From: Octopus sinensis
Taxonomy: Eukaryota
Length of the DNA: 64,000 nucleotides
Direction: 5' to 3'
Assembly: GCF_006345805.1 (NCBI RefSeq)
Contig: NC_043005.1
Location: forward strand, 40,300,001-40,364,000
Shown: positions 55,056-64,000 of the stretch, in pieces
Layout: every line of letters begins with the position of its first letter
Numbering within the stretch: position 1 is the stretch's first letter
Notes under the pieces: model-generated
What the model was told of the DNA's origin: nothing
What the model saw: the letters and a program-made list of their open reading frames with translations, nothing else
Database searches by the model: none
Program-made: the position numbers and the translations under genes

Positions 55056-55604
55056 CTGGGTTGTCTGGAAAGTTCGTGCCGATTTTTAAAGGAAAGAAAA
55101 AGGTCAATAAATACTTGCCATTACATTTTTAATCAACCAAATATGAACCATTTTGTTGCACAATGCGTCTTCATCTTTCCTTTAACTTGAAAATACCCTC
55201 TTCCCAGAATTGAGGTGGTTTCATGGCAAAGAATTCATCAAGGTATCTTTTTACGTCATCCAAGGAATTGAAATTTTTACCATTAAGACTATTCTGTAGA
55301 GATCTGAATAAGTGGAAATCCGAAGGAGCAATATCTGGTGAATATGGAGGGTGGGGTAACACATCCCAGACGAGCTGCAGCGATTTTTGTCCAGTTCCCA
55401 AAGCATCAAGTGCCGAAAATGAACTTTCTTATCTTCCATTTTAAAGGGTTACAGAATTAATACAGGTTATAGGAACATAAATCTTCTTTCACAAAAAATA
55501 GCTTAAACGGTGCTCTAAATGGAGGTGTAGTCAAATCCTATTTTATGGACTCAACCATGTTCTAAAATAAGTCAAAATGTAAGCTACTATAAATCGGCAC
55601 GAAC
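55056..55604 (-). mobile_element. Internally deleted mariner element
   Basis: MEDKKVHFRHLMLW fused to WDVLPHPPYSPDIAPSDFHLFRSLQNSL..GIFKLKER; TIR gttcgtgccgattt / aaatcggcacgaac; TA at 55054-55055; right TIR truncated. Confidence 0.9.
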
Positions 55605-56216
55605 ATATACATATATACATATATATATATACATATATATATTTACATATATATATATATACATGCATATATACATACATAAATACATATATATATATAT
55701 GTATAGAATGCTTGAAGTGGTGTACAGATATAGCATATTGAGAAAAAAAGAGGCAGTCGGAATTTTGTGTATATATATACAAAAGTAAGTATATATACTG
55801 TTGTATCGCACGTTCGACGTACGCTATAACGGGATAATAAATAACGTCCTAGCAAATCGTGTTACTCAAGATATACAATACTTGTAATTACACTCGACAA
55901 TGCACAATCCTCAGTTTTACACAGCTCACCGACTCGCCTAAACTCTCTGCGCATGTCCATTTATATTGTGGCATAGTCCATTAGGAGCCAACCAGATAGG
56001 GGTATTCTACTTCCACATAACATATACACATGTATATATACATACATGTATATATATGTATATATATATATGTATACATACATACATACATACATACATA
56101 CATACATACATACATACATACATACATACATACATACATACATACATACATACATACATACATACATACATACATACATACATGCATATACATATATATA
56201 TGTGCATGTATTTATA

Positions 56217-56310
56217 GGCGCAGCGATGGGTGTGTAATTAGAAAACTTGCTTCCCAACATATGGTTTATGTTCAGTCCCGGGCCGAACAATAGCTTGATT
56301 GGGTTTGGAA
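56217..56310 (+). mobile_element. Family A SINE head fragment
   Basis: aggcgcag..gtgtgtaattag..cttgcttcccaacatatggtt..gttcagtcc. Confidence 0.6.
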
Positions 56311-56334
56311 GCCCATTCTCTCCCTCACACACAC

Positions 56335-56468
<134 letters not shown>

Positions 56469-56488
56469 TCTCTCTCTGTCTCTCTCTG

Positions 56489-56522
<34 letters not shown>

Positions 56523-56940
56523 TATAATTGAAATTTAAAGAAAACAAGACAAAGGCAGGTGTAGGAACAACAAGCAGCGGTATTAGTTTATCGCTCGGGA
56601 AGAATGGAAAATTCTTTTACGATAAACACTGAGAAAAAGGAGGTAGTCAGACTTTTGGATAAACCTTTATTAGCATTTTCTTTCATTTTTCGAACTCAAG
56701 ACAATAGTAAAATCATAATGTTAAAAACAGAACGTTTCTTTGTTTATTTATATGAATCGGATGATTTTTTGCTTTGTTTAGAAGACGAGAATATTGTTTC
56801 TATTATTTTGGAAAAAAGGGGTGAGAGAGAAAGAAAGGCAAAGAGAAGAGGAAATAGATAGAAAGATAGGTTTCAGGCCAATCAAGAAAGAAAAGAAAAA
56901 ATAGTAATAAAGGATGGGGAAAGGATGAATAGATAGACAG

Positions 56941-57030
<90 letters not shown>

Positions 57031-57898
57031 GATTGAGAGAGATTGAGAGAGATTGAGAGAGAGAGAGAGAGAGAGAGAAAGGGAGAGAGGAAGAGAGAGG
57101 TAGGTTTCTTTTCAATTTGATGTAATCAGTTCATTGAAATTTCATTACAAAGCATTTTTCTTTTTCCTTTCTATTTTCTTTTTTCTTTACATTATATACC
57201 TATCAACATATTTGTAAATACACATTTTCTCAGAAGAGCTGGCGACCTTTCAATGATGTCAATTTTAGGAGTAGGATGGAAGAAATAAGAAAAGTGGGGA
57301 GGGTGCAGTCATCACTGAAAAATAAAAAAGAGTTCAAAAGTTCTGTCCTATGAAAATGCATATTCCTTTACACTATATAGCCAAGTTCCATATTCTGTAT
57401 AATTCTATGTTTTGCATGAACAAGCATTAAATATTAGTACAATATTCATAAATTAGAAAAATAAAATCAGAACATAAAAAGTAATTTTGCACTGTTTATA
57501 ATCAAATCTATTCTCTATGTACATTTAATCAAGCATCATAATTGAGTTTTGTATGCTTATTATATATTTAGCTGGAAGCTATTCTGTAGGATATATATTA
57601 TTCAATAAAGCAAGGCCTGCTTAAATTTATTTTTTTTAGTATCTTTCCATCATTTTGTAGGATTTTTTCTTGCTTGCTTGGATAAGAGAATTCAAAAAGA
57701 TCTTTTCCACGAATTACTTTGCCAAATAGCGACATTAGATATCTTTCCTAATCACTGGTAAAATGGTTCTAGTATTCTTTCTCGAGTATAAGAACAACAA
57801 TTGTCAAAATCCCAATGTTATATACATATATATTTGGTCATTTATAAAGAGGAGTATCACATTATTAACATTGGAGCCACATTCAGAAACAACAGTAA

Positions 57899-58035
57899 TC
57901 TAATATATATGTCTGTCTGTCTGTGCGGTTATAACTCGAGTGTTGTTCATCCGATCGCGTTGAAATTTTAAACATGGATACACGAGAGATTGGGGAGTAA
58001 CGTGATCTAAAAAGATTTTCAAAATTGTAAGTAGT
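57899..58035 (+). mobile_element. Possible Helitron 5' fragment
   Basis: A|TCTAATATATAT-(gtct)n..ccgatcgcgttgaaatttt; no 3' CTRR end found. Confidence 0.45.
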
Positions 58036-58092
58036 GTAATATAAATGTTTTCTCTTCAAACATTATCATTATTATTAAAAAATAATTATAAA

Positions 58093-61000
58093 GATGTCGT
58101 TCATCTGCTACTCTTTCAAACATTCAATTTTGGAGATAATTTTTTTATGAAGTATAGCTACATTGATTTTCGGAATTTTGGATCATCTCTTGAACATTTG
58201 TAAAAGGGAAAGATTTTGAACTTTCCTTCACCGCATATTTCTAGATGCTTGTTCAGTGGAATCTTGCGCAATTCTTCTTGTCGGATGTGTTGTCAGTGGA
58301 TTCTTGCACATTGGCAGAGGGAATTGTTTGTTTCACCAATGTAATTTTCCTTGCAGTTGGGGCAAGTAATACAGTATATGAGTTTCTGCGTCTTGCAGTT
58401 CATATCTGCATTTACTTTGAACGAGAATCCGCTCTTGAATTTTATGTGGGAAACACTTTCTAAGTATTTAAAGTTGTTGTTATTGTTGCATGTTCCACAT
58501 TTGTTGTCTCCACATACTTTAATGGAGAATTCTGATGTGTGAGGAATGTGTGAGGGATGGCAAGAGTAGAAATTCAAATATTGGTGTGTGTCGTTTTTTT
58601 TGTAAAATGTCTGTTGTGACTGTGGAGTTGTGTATTTTTATGTGAATATCCAGGAATGGCTATTCATTGCAACTGGATTCTACGTGAAGTTGAAGGATTG
58701 GTGAAGTGTGTTGAGTATATCATTAAATATTTGTAGGTCCTCATTTGACTGGTCCCAAAAGATGAAGCAGGTTTCACTTTTTAATTATGTATTTATTATA
58801 ATCCTGGTTAAGAGCTCTCTCTACTTCTCTCATGAAGCTTTTCTTCCAAGTATTCCAGGACTAGGTAAGCATATGAGGATGCAAACCGCGTCCCCATAGC
58901 CGTGCCCTTTATCTGTCGATATATTTTATTACCGAATCTAAAGGGTTTTTTCTAGTACCAGGCGTGTGGCCTTGGTGATTAAGTCAGTTTTGAAGTGTTC
59001 ATTTACCTGTCCTCTATGTTTCTCTACCCGGTGTTTGATGGCTTCCAGGCCCAAAGTGTGAGGTATATTGTACAAAGATTGGTGACATCAAAGCTTGTAA
59101 GTATAGTACCTTCTGGGACAGTGGGTGAAATGTGCTGGAGATCTATGCCGTCCCGTATATTGCTGGGTATTAACGAACATAAAGGTTTTAGGAGTATGTC
59201 CAAAAAATGACTTAGTTGCTGTGTTAGTGCTTGAGGTCCAGCAACTATTGGTCTCAGTTTGAGGTCAATAAGTCTTAGTATTTTTATGTATTGGTTCCTC
59301 TGCTCATTTATGGCTCTCTGTATTTCGGGGCTTTTGTGGATTTTTGGTAACCCGTAGAAATTGCTCCCTTTGATTACAGAGTTGCATAGATAATCTTTCT
59401 CCTTTGATTTTATTCATTATTGCTCTTTCCTGGTGTCTTGGTTCTTCCTTGTAGTAGGTTTGATCAGTTAGATTTCCAATATTTTATCTTTATAGTAGTC
59501 TTTGTCCATGATCACTATCATCGCTCCCTTACCGGCTTCTTTTAGGATGATTGAATTGTCATTCTACAGTGTTAGTAAGGTTTCTTTTTCTTCTTCACGA
59601 AGGTTTTGTTTGCATTTACGGGTACTCAGGAGAACTTTCGAAATTGTGTCTAGATGTTTGTCATTCACATTGTAGGGCGGGAAGTGGGATTTATTTCTGA
59701 CATTTATATCCTTATTGCCGAAGATGCAATAAGCCGGAGGTGGTGGTTAAAATGCCCAATATCAGCTTTTGAGATTAGGGGTGGATGTCGGTGTAAATTT
59801 GAAACCTTTCAATAGGGGATTCATCTCACTCTTGTTGAGGTTTCTATTTGAAAAATTTATGATCTTTGGGTCTATATGTTCTGCGTACTCATTAAAGTTT
59901 TCTGTTGCGTCGGGTCTGGTTCGCGATTGTGGTATTTTCTCTCTAAAAAAGGAATTGTATTATTGTGTTTCCATTTTCTGTTTCTGGTGTTCTGGTTCCC
60001 TAGTAGGTGAGGGGATGGTTCATGTTCTTTGTACGTATTTCGTTGTCTATAGGTTCTGTCTTCTTCCCATCTGCTATGTTTATTGGGCCATTCAGGACGT
60101 ATGGGATTGTTGGTCGTAAATCGTGAGTTTCTTGAGTTTCCATGATGATTATTAATATGCTTTCTGTGTTTTCCATATTTTACTTGTCTTTTTTTTCCAT
60201 GTATTCATCCATCTAGGGTACTTGGTATTATGGGTTGGCGGTTGACTCTATGCTACTTGTCTTGTCTTTTCCTCCATGTGTTCATCTAGTGTGTTTGATA
60301 TTATGCGTTGACGTTATCTTCGACATTCCATGTCATTGTTTATTGCAGTGTTATGTTTTGGTATTGCAGACTATGGGTTTCTAGTCTGCACTTGGGGTGA
60401 GCTGAAGGTCATCTCCGCATATGTTCTTGGAAAACTAGAGGATACCTTAGTCTGGTTCCTCTGGGGCAGGTGTCTTTTCCTATAATTTTTGTTGTTGTGA
60501 TGGTTTCGCTTTCATAAGGGATTAGTTGGTTTTTTTTCATAGTGAACCACTCATGTTTTCCCCACATTTTTATGGATTTTTCTTCTTCCCGCTTAGTGTC
60601 TTCTTTCCATAGTTGTAATTTATCATGACTTTGATTGTTCATTCGTTCGGCGATTTCAACGAACATCACTGCATCAATTGTTTTGACTTTCTCTTCGTGT
60701 CCAGTTTTTCGCGAATAGAGAAGAGAAATGCTCGCTTCCAGTCGGCATAAAGCTAAGTTTGCACGTATCGTCGTTTCTTCCAGTGATTCGCCTCTTATTT
60801 CTTCAATAAGAAATTTTCTGGGAAGGATTAGGTTTTCTTTGTTTCACCAATTTTGATAGGTGTTGGCTATATTGTTACATCGAATGCTTTTTCAATATGC
60901 ATGTTTACGTTGATTTAAAAGCTCGTTCCAGAGTTGCGTTTTCAAAGGATTTTGCTGTTGTGTATCAATTCTTGCGTCTTGAAAATTTTTCTTTTAGATA

Positions 61001-61300
61001 GGTTCGTTCCTGTTGTTAGAGTACCTTGTGTATGAGTGTTATTCACAGTTTCATACTTTCCTGAGTATACGGAAATACTCTTTTGTTATTCTGGCTTTAG
61101 TCACAGTACCAATGTATGCAACATTCTCATAGATTCCAAGGTACTTGTAGTTTTCATAATTAGAGATATGGGAGATAGACAAGCCGTTGATGTGCAAGTT
61201 CTCTGTCTGGTCGACAATCTTTCCTCGGTTGACTATTATTTATTAGTATTTATCTTGCACAAACTCCATTCCTATATCTCGTGAGAATGTTGTGACTAGT
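58093..61300 (-). mobile_element. Decayed Neptune-like Penelope element (RT, Cys linker, GIY-YIG)
   Basis: FYGLPKIHK (~59345), SFDVTNL (~59085), IYRQIKGTAMGTRFASSYA (~58900), CGDNKCGTC linker, LIYCITCPNCKENYIGET, terminal FIKKLSPKLNV*; 5' limit approximate. Confidence 0.88.
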
Positions 61301-62291
61301 TTTGTCTCTTGCTGTTGATCATATTATCAGAATATAAATTTTGGTCATCACCAAAAAATGTGTGAGTGACATTAATTTTATTCTTATCTGCATATCTCAG
61401 CATGTAGCCTTGGCATTATTTTAACAGGCTGACAAAGGATTCACTGCCATTACAAGCAGTATATGCCTGTTGATAGCTTAATTCTGTTTGTAACAATAAG
61501 TATTGCTTTAATTGCTTTAATAGTTGTCACAGGTTACTGTGTGGACCATGCTGTGGTCAGTCTTTCAATAGCATTCGCTATAGAAAGTGGTAGTTTGGCA
61601 ATGTGTAGTATGTATGTATACATGCAGACACGCGCACACACACACACACACACGCGCGCACACATACATTTACGTACATACATCCGTATATATATATATA
61701 TTTATATATATACACACACACATGCAAGTGATGGGACAAACGAAAGAAAGTAGCAAGCACTCAACACATTTAACAGGATTTAGATATAGTTTTAATAACA
61801 GCTACAGTCAGCTCCTTGAGAATTCAAGTTTCATGTGCACGTAGAACACATAGATCTTATTAGATGTTAGAAACATCTAATGAGATGTACGGGTCTATAC
61901 GAAGCACCTCACACAAGGTGAATCCGTACTGGAAGAAAAACTAGAGAGGTAACACAAGATATTTCTAAACTTCTAAGACGTAAACTAAGATGCATAAGTG
62001 ACTTTCTCTTTTCTTCTGTCAAAATATAACTCGCTACCTCTTCTTCTCTTCACTGTTAAAGATAATGAAAATAGAAAAAAATCGATCGTATTTAAACCTA
62101 ATTTTAATTTTAACTTTAAATGGCTCCGAGGCTTTCCTCTCCCTGCCTCTATCTCTTCGCACCTTTCCCCACTGTTAAAAGCGAAAAAACAAAAGCTACA
62201 CAAATAAACAAAAAATCCCGAAAAGAAATCGATCGCATTTAATTCTTATAACTTTCAAATGATATAGATTAATTTCAAGTTCTCAAGTTAT

Positions 62292-62336
62292 GTTGTATTG
62301 ACGAGCCCAGAATGAGGGAGAAACGGCGTTATCTAA
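62292..62336 (+). ncRNA. Decayed hammerhead-like motif
   Basis: TTGACGA-gccc-agaatga-ggga-GAAA-cggcg-TT; two deviations and no clear stem I. Confidence 0.3.
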
Positions 62337-63211
62337 AACTGCTACAACTACAGGAATATCCAATAAATGGATTTTATGAAAATATGGAAACATCATATAC
62401 CCTTTCACTAATAGGAAAAAGATCTTTCATGATGAGAAGAAAAAGAAAAGATAAAATATAAACCATGAAGCGGCTCCCTCCCCTTAAGGATAATGTATAC
62501 TCACTCTGTCATCTCATAGTCTCTCTCTCTCTTTCTCTCTCTCTCTCTTTCTCTCATTTCCTCTCTTGCTCCATAAGCAAAAATAAGTAGCAGCAGCTGT
62601 AGTTCCCAGTCAAGTAGCCACAGTTGTGTGACAATTTTGAGAGAAATTCATGATGGATTCTACAGGTTTATGATTCTATTGGTTATCTTAGGTGACGTAG
62701 TATTAAATGCTATCAAAGCACCAACTATTTTCGTTATTTTCAGGGCCTTATCTTCAGACAGAATGCTGGCAGGATGCTGGCGGCACTTTAGTGGAAGGTT
62801 GCGGCATAGTATGTTCAACGATATCAGTTTCATGTGTTAGGAACAGCACATGGTGGGAAGGGATGTTGGCCCGAGTCAATAGCTTAATCACCGATCGGTG
62901 TAGTCTGAATACATGCGAGGCAACGATCTTTACGTGTGAGTGACGTAATTTGATGGTATTGAGTTACAATTGTAGTTGCATGATTAACTACTGTGGGCTT
63001 TAGTTTATACGGTCCAGTACACACTCGCACATGCATACATGCATGCGTATGTGTGTGTATGTATGTGAATGTGTGCGTGCGTGTGCGAGCGATATACATG
63101 CATACAAACATATGTATCTATGTAGGTGGGTAGGTGGGAATGTCCTATTAGCAAATGAAATGTGTGATGGTAATTAAATAATGCCAAAAAATTTTCCAGA
63201 TTCCTGTTTTG

Positions 63212-63243
<32 letters not shown>

Positions 63244-63250
<7 letters not shown>

Positions 63251-63640
63251 AATTATTAGAGAGTCATCCACTATGTGGATAACTCTAGTGCTAAAATAGC
63301 TCCGAAGCAACCACAGAAGATCCGTTCCAACTAGAATCAACACACATTTAACTGAAGGAAAGTGAAATACAACGAATAAAATAGATTGACTTTAATCTAT
63401 TTTATTCGTTGTATTTCACTTTCCTTCAGTTAAATGTGTGTTGATTCTAGTTGGAAACGATCTTCTGTGGTTGCTTCGGAGCTATTTTTAGCACTAGAGT
63501 TATCCACATAGTGGATGACTCTCTAATATTTATGTATAAATTTGTATTTCCTCCGTAGTTTTTTGTGCTAAGCCACTTGGTGTTAAATTGACGGTATTAT
63601 TAAATTAATATCGATTTTTCACCCTCATTATAATTATAAT
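63244..63640. mobile_element. Young fold-back element between (TA)n tracts
   Basis: ~145-bp arms (63244-63387 and 63394-63538) are near-perfect reverse complements; ~100-bp tail on the right arm only. Confidence 0.85.
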
Positions 63641-63836
63641 ATATATATATATATATGTGTGTGAGTGTTTTTGCTTTTGTTTGTCCACCACCACTTCTTA
63701 CAATTAGTGTTGGTGTATTTACGTCTCAGTAACTTATATATACATATATGTGTGTGCATGTGTATGTGTATTTATGTGTGTGTATGTATATATATGCATA
63801 TATATGTATGTATATATATATATATATATAATATAT

Positions 63837-63867
<31 letters not shown>

Positions 63868-64000
63868 GTATATAAACATATATATATATATAAACATATA
63901 TATATATATATGTATATATGCGTGAATGCATATAGCCACACACACACACACAAACATACACATGTATTTATGTATTCTTTTATTCTTTTATTGATTTCGG

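Noticed and set aside
63351-63370. CTGAAGG..GAAA as a hammerhead in the last palindrome
   Set aside because: Core mismatch, no stem II and no stem I or III pairing.

Overview
AT-rich, microsatellite-dense eukaryotic (animal) genomic DNA. The tRNA/Deu(Nin)-type SINE families and repeat landscape look like a coleoid cephalopod (Octopus-like); this is inferred, not database-checked. The only host coding sequence I can support is a terminal exon encoding a death domain (2133-2416). The rest is a transposon graveyard: Penelope-like elements (PLEs), R4/Dong-like and Tx1/L1-like LINE relics, hAT, mariner, maT and Helitron relics, a TRIM-like mini LTR element and many SINEs. The most striking unexplained signal is a set of short non-coding elements, mostly embedded in (TA)n tracts. 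They carry type-I hammerhead ribozyme folds (three near-intact designs, one of them present in two copies, and several decayed ones). Several share a fold-back architecture: two head-to-head arms with 3' ends outward and a tail on only one arm. Most ORFs in the supplied track are microsatellite artefacts.
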